Shown: piece after piece, positions 47,956 through 56,229 of the stretch | Numbering within the stretch: the stretch's first letter is position 1 | Layout: each line of letters opens with the position of its first letter | Translations under genes and position numbers: made by a program | Source of the DNA: Candidatus Omnitrophota bacterium | GTDB lineage: Bacteria; Omnitrophota; Gorgyraeia; Zapsychrales; Fredricksoniimonadaceae | Assembly (NCBI GenBank): GCA_015233335.1 | Contig: JADFXX010000002.1 | Location: forward strand, 64,891 to 128,890 | DNA length: 64,000 nt | Reading direction: 5' to 3' | Notes under the pieces: model-generated | Seen by the model: the letters and a program-made list of their open reading frames with translations, nothing else | Told to the model about the DNA's origin: nothing | Databases searched by the model: none

Positions 47956-49606
47956 TGCTCTTTAATTTCCCTAAAAGATTCTTTGCCGCTTCAAAATTTG
48001 GGTTTAATTCCAATGCCTTTTCTAACGCTTCTTTTGCCTTCATATTATTGTTCTGAGAATGATATATCTGCCCTAAATCAAAATAGGGCTCATCATAATA
48101 AGGAAAATTTAGAATAATCTGCCCTAGCAGTGCTTGAGCTCTTTTAATTTCCCCAAGTCTAATATAACACTCTGCCAAAAACAAGAGTTCTCTGGGTAGA
48201 TGATCCCCTAATAGCACGCTTTTTTCAAAATTACTTTCGGCCTCTTTTAAAAGCCCTGCATTAAAATAAACGCTTCCTAACAAAGCATACCCTTGACCAA
48301 ATGCCGGATAGTCCCTGACCCATGCCGAGCCCACATCATAATCACTTCTGAAGTCATTGTTTAAAAACAGTGTCCTCGTGATACAAATCAAGATTACCCC
48401 GCCATGAAGAATGTTTGATAAAGACCGAGAATATGCCCTGAACAAGTGATTCTGAAATGTTTCATGTAAAAAAAACGCTAAAACGATCAACAATCCGATC
48501 GATGGCAAATACATGAAACGATACGCCATAGGATTCGCTATGGGAATCAAATTGGATACAGGAAGATAAAAAACAACATGCCATAATAGAAAAAAAAAGC
48601 ACTTTTTATAATTACTCCACAGCCGATACATGCCTATTATAAATACAATCAATACGATCCCCATACCTGCCGTTGCCAGACTTAAGACCTGGGGGATTGG
48701 CGGCTTATATTGTCCCGGGATCGTTTTCACGGTCCAAGGCATTAATACATTAATTAAATAGCTGTACCAAATATACCCTATTTCAAGGCAGTGATTGATC
48801 CAAGATCCTCCGATCCAATGAAAAGAAACAAGGGGACTGGGAAAGACAAAAAGGTATAGATACAAATAAAAGAAAAGGATCAAAATAAAGCCGGTATAAA
48901 CCATTGCTCTCTTCTTTAGCTCCAAGACCGGTCCACGTAGAAGTCGGTCAGACATCAAAATCACAAACGGTAAGATAAAAGCTGATTCCTTACTAAATAA
49001 TGCAAAGAAACACATGACCAGAGACCCCACATAATGCTTCTTACTGACATATCCCCCTTGTTTAAATTTTATCCAGAAATAGAAAGAACTTAAAACAAGC
49101 ATCGCTGTAAAAATGTCCGCTCGATAACTCATGACAGCAACCGCTTCTGATTGAATTGGATGTAAAGAAAAAAGGAGAGCTGCAAACAGCCCTAAAATCG
49201 AGGACAGAAAAATTCGATTCACAACCAAGAAAACTAAGATAGAATTGACGCAATGAATCAAAATGTTGATAAGATGAGAGCCGTATGGTTTTGCTTGGAA
49301 CAAATAATAATCGAGAAAATAGGTCAAATTTGAAATCGGTCTATACGTATTTCTCCCAGGCCCCAAATCAGCTGGAGAGTCAAAATGAAGCTCCATTTCC
49401 CTAATATTAGAAATATAGTCCTTCCCAAATAGCCGCGGAATATTCTTCCATGTATGATAAAAAGTATTTCTCTCAAAAACAGACTGATCATCTCCAATGT
49501 ACTGATTAAAAAGCACCGGGCTATATATTAAAAAAGTTACAAAGAAAACTAAAAACGCCGGTCTTTTTTTAAAAAAATTAAATATAAAGAGCATTTTTTC
49601 AGTCAT
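47948..49606 (-). CDS. Polytopic GT-C-type (PMT/ArnT/TMTC-like) glycosyltransferase with C-terminal TPR domain
   Basis: 552 aa. About 11-12 TM helices, an acidic YIGDDQ in the first extracytoplasmic loop, and C-terminal TPRs (AESNFEKSVLL...AKEALEKALELNPNFEAA). Confidence 0.6.
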   Translation of the reverse strand: MTEKMLFIFNFFKKRPAFLVFFVTFLIYSPVLFNQYIGDDQSVFERNTFYHTWKNIPRLFGKDYISNIREMELHFDSPADLGPGRNTYRPISNLTYFLDYYLFQAKPYGSHLINILIHCVNSILVFLVVNRIFLSSILGLFAALLFSLHPIQSEAVAVMSYRADIFTAMLVLSSFYFWIKFKQGGYVSKKHYVGSLVMCFFALFSKESAFILPFVILMSDRLLRGPVLELKKRAMVYTGFILILFFYLYLYLFVFPSPLVSFHWIGGSWINHCLEIGYIWYSYLINVLMPWTVKTIPGQYKPPIPQVLSLATAGMGIVLIVFIIGMYRLWSNYKKCFFFLLWHVVFYLPVSNLIPIANPMAYRFMYLPSIGLLIVLAFFLHETFQNHLFRAYSRSLSNILHGGVILICITRTLFLNNDFRSDYDVGSAWVRDYPAFGQGYALLGSVYFNAGLLKEAESNFEKSVLLGDHLPRELLFLAECYIRLGEIKRAQALLGQIILNFPYYDEPYFDLGQIYHSQNNNMKAKEALEKALELNPNFEAAKNLLGKLKSNG

Positions 49607-49616
49607 TGGAGTTTTA

Positions 49617-50723
49617 TCACCATTTAAAAGCTATGCCGGTACGCTGGCATTGCTTACAAATAGACATGCTTCTTCGTCCTTTGGTCTTCATCAATTCTCT
49701 TGTAGCCTGTGCAGCAGGACCATTCCAAATATCTTTTAGCTGAGAAGCTCCTGTCTTCCAAACAGCATAAGGCTTACAACCGCTCCAGATCACGCCTTCA
49801 CAACACTGTAAAACTTCACCGTCAAAATTAACCTGCATGCCCTTCCATAACCAATCACAGGACATAGGCAATGTTTCTGTCGGGAGGGGCGTTTCCTTGT
49901 CTTCCAAACCGCCCCGGGGATTCCCCTGTCGAAAACTAAGCATAAGGCCACATTCACGGCAAAACTGACGAATCAATGGAATTTGATGGCGATTATAATT
50001 ATAGGTTATCCAATCAATCAGAATGACCGTGTGTGATTTTAGTTCTTTTTTTAAACGCGCCAACATACGTATATTATTCTTAAGTTTTTCCACATCACCA
50101 TAGCGAATTTGAACACTGTAAACGTCCTGGGTCATGCCTCCTAATTGTATCTTGATTAAATCAATACCCGCATTGAGAAAAGCACGCGTATTATCCTCCG
50201 TTAACAAAAGACCGTTGGTCGAAATCATGGTCATTACTTTATGTTCTGTTGAAAACCTGACCAACTCAGTCAGGCCCTTATACAAGAGCGGCTCTCCATT
50301 CGTATATAGCACCGCAATAAGAACATCGTCTTTCAACTGTCCTATGATATCTAGGGCCATATCGACAGGCATTCTCCCCTTAGAAATGCTATCAATATAA
50401 GGATGCTGGGGGTTAATGTTATAAATTCTTCCCTTAGCATCCCGACAAAAAAGGCAGCCCGCATTACATTCATTCCCAAGTTCTAAACTAAGAACCAGCG
50501 GAGAGGTTGCCGAAATCTTTGTTTTAAAAAAATACGCCCAAGAACATACGAACACATTCCATAGTTTGCGGACATTGATCTTTCCGCAAGAGACAGCGGT
50601 TAAAAAAAGTTTAATCTTCAAAAAAATATAACGATTATGCTTGGGAGGAGGGGGAACTTTGTTCATCATCAAACCCATAGATTGAATCAATAATATAGCT
50701 TGGACGCATTTTAGTCTGTTCAT
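49617..50723 (-). CDS. Radical SAM enzyme with SPASM/twitch-like C-terminal cysteine motif
   Basis: CX3CX2C motif in ELGNECNAGCLFC. C-terminal CDWLWKGMQVNFDGEVLQC (CX12GX4C) and ICKQC. The true start is probably internal (MGLMMNK, about 50678), because the long ORF overlaps the GT2 gene. Confidence 0.75.
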   Translation of the reverse strand: MNRLKCVQAILLIQSMGLMMNKVPPPPKHNRYIFLKIKLFLTAVSCGKINVRKLWNVFVCSWAYFFKTKISATSPLVLSLELGNECNAGCLFCRDAKGRIYNINPQHPYIDSISKGRMPVDMALDIIGQLKDDVLIAVLYTNGEPLLYKGLTELVRFSTEHKVMTMISTNGLLLTEDNTRAFLNAGIDLIKIQLGGMTQDVYSVQIRYGDVEKLKNNIRMLARLKKELKSHTVILIDWITYNYNRHQIPLIRQFCRECGLMLSFRQGNPRGGLEDKETPLPTETLPMSCDWLWKGMQVNFDGEVLQCCEGVIWSGCKPYAVWKTGASQLKDIWNGPAAQATRELMKTKGRRSMSICKQCQRTGIAFKW

Positions 50724-51654
50724 GAGCTGAATTCAAATACAACCCGATCATTCCCAGACAAAATAATTGTACTCCACCAATAAAGAGAATCACCACCATC
50801 AATACTGTCCCCTCTGAAATGGTGTGACCCAACCACTTCTGATAAAGAATATAGAGAACAAAAAGAAAATCTCCTAATATGGAACACAAACCGCAATACG
50901 ATGCAATCTGTAAAGGGACAGATGAAAAATTAATGACAGCCGCATTTAAAAAATTACTTATTACCTTTCTGCCTAAAACAAAGAATTTGCTTTTGCCGGC
51001 AAAACGGGCATCGCGATTATAAGAAATAAAGCTTTGTTTAAAGCCCACCCAAGCAACTATCCCGCGCATGAAAGGATTGATCTCTTTAAACTGCAAAATG
51101 TAATCCACAGCCCTGCGGGAAAGCAATTTAAAATCACCCGCCTCGGATGGGATTGGCACACTGGAATAGCGGTTAAGTATGTAGTAACCAATCTTTGTAA
51201 TAAATAATTTAAATGCTGATTCGCCCTTGCGACTCGTCCGTACGGTATGTACAACATCAATCTGAGGATTGTTCAGGTAATTTTCTAACATTTTTATGAT
51301 AAGTTCTGGAGGATCCTGCAGGTCAGCATCCATATAAACAATAGCGTCGCCTCGAGCATGCGCCAAGCCTGCCATCACACAGGGAGCAACTCCAAAAACA
51401 CGGGACATATTGATGATACAAATATCCTTATAACCGGCAGATAGCCTGAGCAATACAGGCAATGAGTCATCACTGGAGGCATCATTAACAAAAATCATTT
51501 GATAACCGCTAATAAGATGTTTCAAAGCGGCCTCATTCATAACTGTACGGGTACGCTGGACCAATTCTGAAAGAACGTCCGCCTCGTTTCTAAAAGAAAA
51601 CACAATGGAGAGGAAAACCGAAGGTCTTTGTTGAGGATTTATCGAATATGACAT
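50635..51654 (-). CDS. GT2 polyprenyl-phosphate glycosyltransferase (GtrB/ArnC/DPM1-like)
   Basis: 339 aa. VFLSIVFSFRNE, FVNDASSDDS and YMDADLQDPPE motifs. Two C-terminal TM helices as in GtrB/ArnC. Confidence 0.82.
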   Translation of the reverse strand: MSYSINPQQRPSVFLSIVFSFRNEADVLSELVQRTRTVMNEAALKHLISGYQMIFVNDASSDDSLPVLLRLSAGYKDICIINMSRVFGVAPCVMAGLAHARGDAIVYMDADLQDPPELIIKMLENYLNNPQIDVVHTVRTSRKGESAFKLFITKIGYYILNRYSSVPIPSEAGDFKLLSRRAVDYILQFKEINPFMRGIVAWVGFKQSFISYNRDARFAGKSKFFVLGRKVISNFLNAAVINFSSVPLQIASYCGLCSILGDFLFVLYILYQKWLGHTISEGTVLMVVILFIGGVQLFCLGMIGLYLNSAHEQTKMRPSYIIDSIYGFDDEQSSPSSQA

Positions 51655-51660
51655 TCTAAA

Positions 51661-51669
51661 ATTATATCA
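51661..51669 (-). promoter_or_regulatory. Extended -10 element (TGaTATAAT) 6 nt upstream of the GT2 start codon
   Basis: The minus strand reads cgacaTGaTATAATtttagaATG. There is no SD between the -10 element and the ATG. Confidence 0.4.
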
Positions 51670-51734
51670 TGTCGATAATAATTTCACATAATTCATTTCA
51701 TTTTCGTTCATAATTAGATCGACCCATAAAAAAC

Positions 51735-51809
51735 AAGAAAAGTAGGGATAGATACTACTTTCTGTAAATACCTTTTATACAGAAACTAGTATCTATCCCT
51801 ACTTTTCTT
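51735..51809 (-). terminator. Very long hairpin (32-bp stem, 1 mismatch, 11-nt loop) followed by a T-run: intrinsic terminator
   Basis: Arms aagaaaagtagggatagatactactttctgta (51735-51766) and tacagaaactagtatctatccctacttttctt (51778-51809). On the minus strand the hairpin is followed by GTTTTTTATGG. It starts 30 nt after the stop of the 90-aa gene. Confidence 0.75.
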
Positions 51810-51839
51810 ATAAGAACAGCAACCTAAAAAAACAAGGCC

Positions 51840-52112
51840 TTATTTGCGTTTCTTGGTGGTCTTCTTAGCAGTTTTTTTCTTCTTTGTTCCGCCGCGGACC
51901 ATTTTAGCGCAGGAAATATCACCTTGCTTATCGATAAAATAAAGATACCCGACTTCTCTTTTGATGCCTACCTTCGCCACTTTCTTAGGGGCGCCGCCTT
52001 TTTTGTCTCCGCGAGCCATCTTGGCCGAAGAAATGTCCCCTTGTTTGTCAACGAAATAAAGGAACCCCTTTTCTTTCTTGACACCTACCTTAGCAACTTT
52101 TTTAGTAGCCAT
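51840..52112 (-). CDS. Small, highly basic protein made of two tandem ~39-aa repeats plus a Lys-rich tail (uncharacterized; possible nucleic-acid binder)
   Basis: 90 aa. Repeats are KKVAKVGVKKEKGFLYFVDKQGDISSAKMARG and KKVAKVGIKREVGYLYFIDKQGDISCAKMVRG. The tail is TKKKKTAKKTTKKRK. Strong SD AAGGAGG lies 7 nt upstream of the ATG, and a dedicated terminator follows. Confidence 0.75.
   Translation of the reverse strand: MATKKVAKVGVKKEKGFLYFVDKQGDISSAKMARGDKKGGAPKKVAKVGIKREVGYLYFIDKQGDISCAKMVRGGTKKKKTAKKTTKKRK
51891..52103 (-). repeat. Intragenic tandem duplication (two 96-nt units, period 117 nt / 39 aa)
   Basis: Units 52008-52103 and 51891-51986 encode 32-aa blocks with 26/32 identical residues. 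The DNA is clearly more diverged than the protein. Confidence 0.8.
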
Positions 52113-52148
52113 GCTTTTTCCTCCTTGGTTGTGGATTGATTTGAAATT

Positions 52149-52994
52149 TCAGGTCCCGATTTTAACTCCCTGAAAATATTCTTTTAAAGTGCGTACCGCC
52201 GATAAAACAGCCAAAAAACTCGTTTTAGGGTTGTCCGGACAGACCACGTTCTCAGTTTTTGTCACCAGACGTCCGAATGTGCCGACCACCTCGATCTCAT
52301 GTGAGTTAACTTTAAATTCAGGGGAGGTGGCAATACGGATGCGCAACTTATCTTTTGAGTTAGACGCCAGGGCAATCGTCGCAGCCACATTAATATTCTG
52401 GGGAAAACACTTGACCGCTTCTCGGACATTACCTTCAAATAGGATGGTTTCCTTTTTTATCGCAGATAAATTGATCCGATGCTCCTGCACATAGGCATTA
52501 TCTGCAAAACCGTAAGTCGGCTTGCGCGTTGTTAAGCGAATCGAATCGATTCGCTGCAAGGCCGCAGCCTTAATAGCATCAATTCCGGCAATAGCGCCCG
52601 AAGGAATAAGGACCCTTACTCCCTGTTTTTGGGCCAATTTAAAAACAGACTCTCCCTCGATAAATTTGCCAACACTCATAATCAAAACATCCTTACGCGC
52701 CAATAAAGCCTGACGAACCAGGTGATGTGTGTCCGGGGCATTAACGGCTTCAACCACCAGGTCGCAATCAGCTAAAAGATCGAAATAGGATTTTTTTACG
52801 ATATTTTTGTAAGGAATGTGCTTGTACAAATTAAGGGATTTTGAAGGATTAATGTCAAAGAGTGCCGAAACCACCGCTTCATCTGCGCATTCAGTCTTGA
52901 TGCTCCGTGCAATACGAGAGCCGATGGCACCGCAGCCTAAAACACCTACTTTGATTTTAGAACTTCCCTTGGTTCTTGATGGAGACAATGACAT
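52149..52994 (-). CDS. nadX: L-aspartate dehydrogenase
   Basis: KVGVLGCGAIGSRIA NAD site. PSGAIAGIDAIKAA, FPQNINVAATIAL and DNPKTS match Thermotoga-type NadX. ATG at 52994; the track ORF reaches 53027. Confidence 0.8.
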   Translation of the reverse strand: MSLSPSRTKGSSKIKVGVLGCGAIGSRIARSIKTECADEAVVSALFDINPSKSLNLYKHIPYKNIVKKSYFDLLADCDLVVEAVNAPDTHHLVRQALLARKDVLIMSVGKFIEGESVFKLAQKQGVRVLIPSGAIAGIDAIKAAALQRIDSIRLTTRKPTYGFADNAYVQEHRINLSAIKKETILFEGNVREAVKCFPQNINVAATIALASNSKDKLRIRIATSPEFKVNSHEIEVVGTFGRLVTKTENVVCPDNPKTSFLAVLSAVRTLKEYFQGVKIGT

Positions 52995-53820
52995 TATCAA
53001 TAAGCCGTATTTTGCCGAATAAAACACTCAAGGCAATTAAAACTTGACCTTTGAGCGTCTTTAAAGGCTTTAATGTACCTGCATCCACACATGCGACGTA
53101 CTGAATATTTCCGTCTGAATATTGTCTGATCATCCGACTAATCAAACCGTTCAAATAAGAAGCCCGTCGTTCCCCTGCTTTAATATGATTAGCGGCACTC
53201 TTAAGAGCCCGGTATAATACAGGAGCCTGAGCACGTTGGTCTTTTGACAAATAAACGTTGCGAGAACTGGCGGCCAATCCGTCTTTTTCGCGCACTGTCG
53301 GCAAAACATGAACACAAACAGAAAAATTTAAATCCAGGGCCATTTGCTTAAGGATAACCGCCTGCTGCGCGTCTTTTTGCCCAAGGTACATAACATCCGG
53401 AAGAACTATATTCAGAAGCTTAGCTACGATCGTCGCAACACCCCTGAAATGCCCGGGCCTATATTTTCCGCAAAGCAAATCCGAAATTTTTTCTACGTCG
53501 ATGTATGTCAAATAGCCATTAGGATAGATGACATTATCCGACGGAATAAAAAGAATGTCAACATTTTCTTTTTCAATCATCGTCGCATCGTGTTTAATGT
53601 CCCGTGGATACCGACTTAAATCTTCACGGACCCCAAACTGTTTGGGGTTGACATATATGCTCACTACACACACGCTGCACTCTTTAACAGCACGCCGTAT
53701 CAACGACAAATGCCCCTCATGCAAATAGCCCATCGTCGGAACAAAGCCGATCTTCTGCCCTTTACGGCGAGGCTCTCTTAACAATTGACGTAAATGTTCT
53801 ATGGTTCTAACAATGCGCAT
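52957..53820 (-). CDS. panC: Pantoate--beta-alanine ligase
   Basis: 287 aa. VPTMGYLHEGHLSL HIGH-type motif and the conserved core of the family. Confidence 0.93.
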   Translation of the reverse strand: MRIVRTIEHLRQLLREPRRKGQKIGFVPTMGYLHEGHLSLIRRAVKECSVCVVSIYVNPKQFGVREDLSRYPRDIKHDATMIEKENVDILFIPSDNVIYPNGYLTYIDVEKISDLLCGKYRPGHFRGVATIVAKLLNIVLPDVMYLGQKDAQQAVILKQMALDLNFSVCVHVLPTVREKDGLAASSRNVYLSKDQRAQAPVLYRALKSAANHIKAGERRASYLNGLISRMIRQYSDGNIQYVACVDAGTLKPLKTLKGQVLIALSVLFGKIRLIDNVIVSIKNQGKF

Positions 53821-54221
53821 AAAGCAGGATTTATTTCCTTTAAAGGCCCCATCACAAAGGAACGTTCCAGCATCTTTGGATGAGGGATCAATAGTTTGGG
53901 AGTGATTAATTTAACATCATCATACAATAAAATATCAATATCAATGACCCTCGGCCCATGGACAACCTTCTTAATACGCCCAAGTTGGCGCTCAATGGCT
54001 TGGGTCATCACCAGGAGATCTTCAGGAGAATAAACAGTTCTAGCCTTGAGAACCGCATTAAGATATTTGTCACCGGCAAAAGGACCTACAGGATCGGTTT
54101 CTATAACGGAAGAAACTTTTAAGATTGTCAAACCGCAAGCTTTAAGCTCTTGGATAGCCTTTTGAATATATTGAAGGCGATTACCTAAATTAGAACCTAA
54201 TGCTAAATATACAATAGACAT
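53799..54221 (-). CDS. folK: 2-amino-4-hydroxy-6-hydroxymethyldihydropteridine pyrophosphokinase
   Basis: 140 aa. VYLALGSNLGNR, RIIDIDILLY and IPHP motifs. Confidence 0.9.
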   Translation of the reverse strand: MSIVYLALGSNLGNRLQYIQKAIQELKACGLTILKVSSVIETDPVGPFAGDKYLNAVLKARTVYSPEDLLVMTQAIERQLGRIKKVVHGPRVIDIDILLYDDVKLITPKLLIPHPKMLERSFVMGPLKEINPALCALLEP

Positions 54222-54293
54222 AGAATGCTTTAAAATTTATATTGCGGACGGGTGACTTAAAATTGATGTTAAAGAGCGGACAGTGACTGCTTG

Positions 54294-55472
54294 CTATAGA
54301 ATTTTAGCCAACCGCCCAACAGCTTCGTGAATGCGCTCCGTAGACAGGGTCAGAGCCATACGTACATAGCCCTCTCCGGCACGACCAAAACCAATCCCCG
54401 GCGTCACAACAATGTCTGCCTCATCTAAGAATGCTTTTGCACAGCTCATCGAATCAGTAAACTTTGAAGGCAGTTTAGCCCAAACATAGAACGCACCTTT
54501 AGGAGGCTCGATCTTCCAGCCGATGGAACGCAACCCATTGATCAAGGCGTCCCTGCGGGTCTGATATTCAGCACGCATATCATCAATTTCACGCGGATCC
54601 ATATTTAAAGCAGCTATCCCTGCGTACTGAATGGCATTAAATACCCCGGAATCACAATTGGATTTAACACGGGCCAAAGCAGATACCAGCGTCGGATTAC
54701 CGCAAGCCCATCCTAAGCGCCATCCGGTCATATAGTAGGTCTTAGAAAAAGAATGAAATTCAATCGCAATTTCACGGGCCCCATCCACTTCTAAAATACT
54801 AGGCGGCTTAATGCCATCATAATAAACTTCTGAATAAGCAAGGTCGGAAACAATGATAATCCCTTTTGATTTGCATACCGCCACAAGATCCTGATAGAAC
54901 TTCTTATCTGCAATGGCCGCTGTGGGATTATTGGGATAGCAGATAAAAATGGCTTTAGCTTTTTTGATATTTTCAATATCTTCGATTTTAGGTAAAAAAT
55001 CATGCGAAGCTTTAAGCGGCAAATACTGGATTTTTCCGCCGGCAAAAGTCACAGCCGCCTGATAAGCCGGATAAGCTGGCTCGGTTAAAACCACCTTATC
55101 TCCGGGATTAATAATCCCCAATGGGAGGTGGGCGATGCCTTCTTTAGAGCCAATTAAGGGATAAATCTCTGTTTGGGGTTCTAAGGGGACCCCGAAGCGA
55201 TTATTGAACCATTTAGCGATCTCTAGACGCAACTGCGGCACCCCTGCATCAAAAGGATAATGATGATTACCGACATCATCGACAGCACTTTTAAGGGCAT
55301 CGATAATCACCTGATGCGTGCGTTGATCTGGGTCACCAACGCCTAAATTAATGACGTCACGGCCTGCTGCTATGGCCGCTCGGCGGGCACGGTCGATTTC
55401 AACAAAAAGGTATGGCGGCAATGATTGCAATCGTTCGGAAAATTCGATCTTAAACTCACCATCGGTCGACAT
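54294..55472 (-). CDS. dapL: LL-diaminopimelate aminotransferase (class I/II aminotransferase)
   Basis: 392 aa. LPPYLFVEIDR...INLGVGDPD N-terminus is typical of the direct DAP aminotransferase group. PLP-Lys region SFSKTY. Sits in a dapB-dapA-dapF-lysA context with no dapD/C/E. Confidence 0.7.
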   Translation of the reverse strand: MSTDGEFKIEFSERLQSLPPYLFVEIDRARRAAIAAGRDVINLGVGDPDQRTHQVIIDALKSAVDDVGNHHYPFDAGVPQLRLEIAKWFNNRFGVPLEPQTEIYPLIGSKEGIAHLPLGIINPGDKVVLTEPAYPAYQAAVTFAGGKIQYLPLKASHDFLPKIEDIENIKKAKAIFICYPNNPTAAIADKKFYQDLVAVCKSKGIIIVSDLAYSEVYYDGIKPPSILEVDGAREIAIEFHSFSKTYYMTGWRLGWACGNPTLVSALARVKSNCDSGVFNAIQYAGIAALNMDPREIDDMRAEYQTRRDALINGLRSIGWKIEPPKGAFYVWAKLPSKFTDSMSCAKAFLDEADIVVTPGIGFGRAGEGYVRMALTLSTERIHEAVGRLAKIL

Positions 55473-55502
55473 AATTTTAAGCTCCCTTGATCCGTTATAT
55501 TT

Positions 55503-56222
55503 TTATTTAAGTCCCAATACATCCTGCATATCGAACAGGCCCTTTTTCTTTTTGGACAAAAATTTTGCCGCAACCAAAGACCCTTCGGCAAAAATGTCGC
55601 GGGTCTTGGCATGGTGATGGATAGAAATCAAATCGACGGGACTTTCAAAAGAAATGGTGTGGTCTCCGACGACTTCTCCTTCCCGAATAGAAGCGATATC
55701 ATGAACCTTATTTTTGGAATAAACTTGCGCTATCTGGGCCATAGTCTTGGCAGTCCCCGAAGGAGCATCTTTCTTATGCACATGATGCGTCTCGCTTAAA
55801 GAAATTAAATAATCTTTTCCGGTAACTTGTGCGGCTTGACGGATCAGGCCAAATACCAGATTGACCCCGACAGACATATTAGAAGAAAATACAACAGCAA
55901 TTTTGGCAGATGCTTTTTTAATAAGCCCTATTTGGGACTGTGTCAATCCTGTTGTGCCGATGACCATATTTACACCATACTTCTGACAAGATTTTAAATG
56001 GGCTATCGTAGCCTCAGGAGTTGTGAATTCAATAAGCACATCAGTTCCCTTTAAAGCAGCATCTTCAAAATTGACCGGAATATTAAAAGACAGCAAAGGA
56101 ACACCAGGCCGGTTCTTGCTCTCTAAAAGCGCTGAAATCTTAAAAGCTCTATCCATAAGGGCTAATGCAGTTATGCGCTGGCCCATCCTGCCCTGACAAC
56201 CGGAAATAGCAAGTTTAATCAT
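55503..56222 (-). CDS. dapB: 4-hydroxy-tetrahydrodipicolinate reductase
   Basis: 239 aa. GCQGRMG NAD(P) site and ETHHVHKKDAPSGTA motif. Confidence 0.92.
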   Translation of the reverse strand: MIKLAISGCQGRMGQRITALALMDRAFKISALLESKNRPGVPLLSFNIPVNFEDAALKGTDVLIEFTTPEATIAHLKSCQKYGVNMVIGTTGLTQSQIGLIKKASAKIAVVFSSNMSVGVNLVFGLIRQAAQVTGKDYLISLSETHHVHKKDAPSGTAKTMAQIAQVYSKNKVHDIASIREGEVVGDHTISFESPVDLISIHHHAKTRDIFAEGSLVAAKFLSKKKKGLFDMQDVLGLK

Positions 56223-56229
56223 TTGATTT

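Noticed and set aside
51735-51809. The 75-nt perfect inverted repeat as a MITE, a mobile element or a protein-binding palindrome
   Set aside because: I saw only one copy in the window. It sits 30 nt after a stop codon and is followed by a T-run on the coding strand. An intrinsic terminator is the simplest reading.
54244-54287. An imperfect direct repeat, GCGGACGGGTGAC ... GCGGACAGTGAC, in the dapL-folK gap as a possible operator
   Set aside because: It is short and imperfect, there is no dyad symmetry, and it has no supporting context. It cannot be distinguished from chance.
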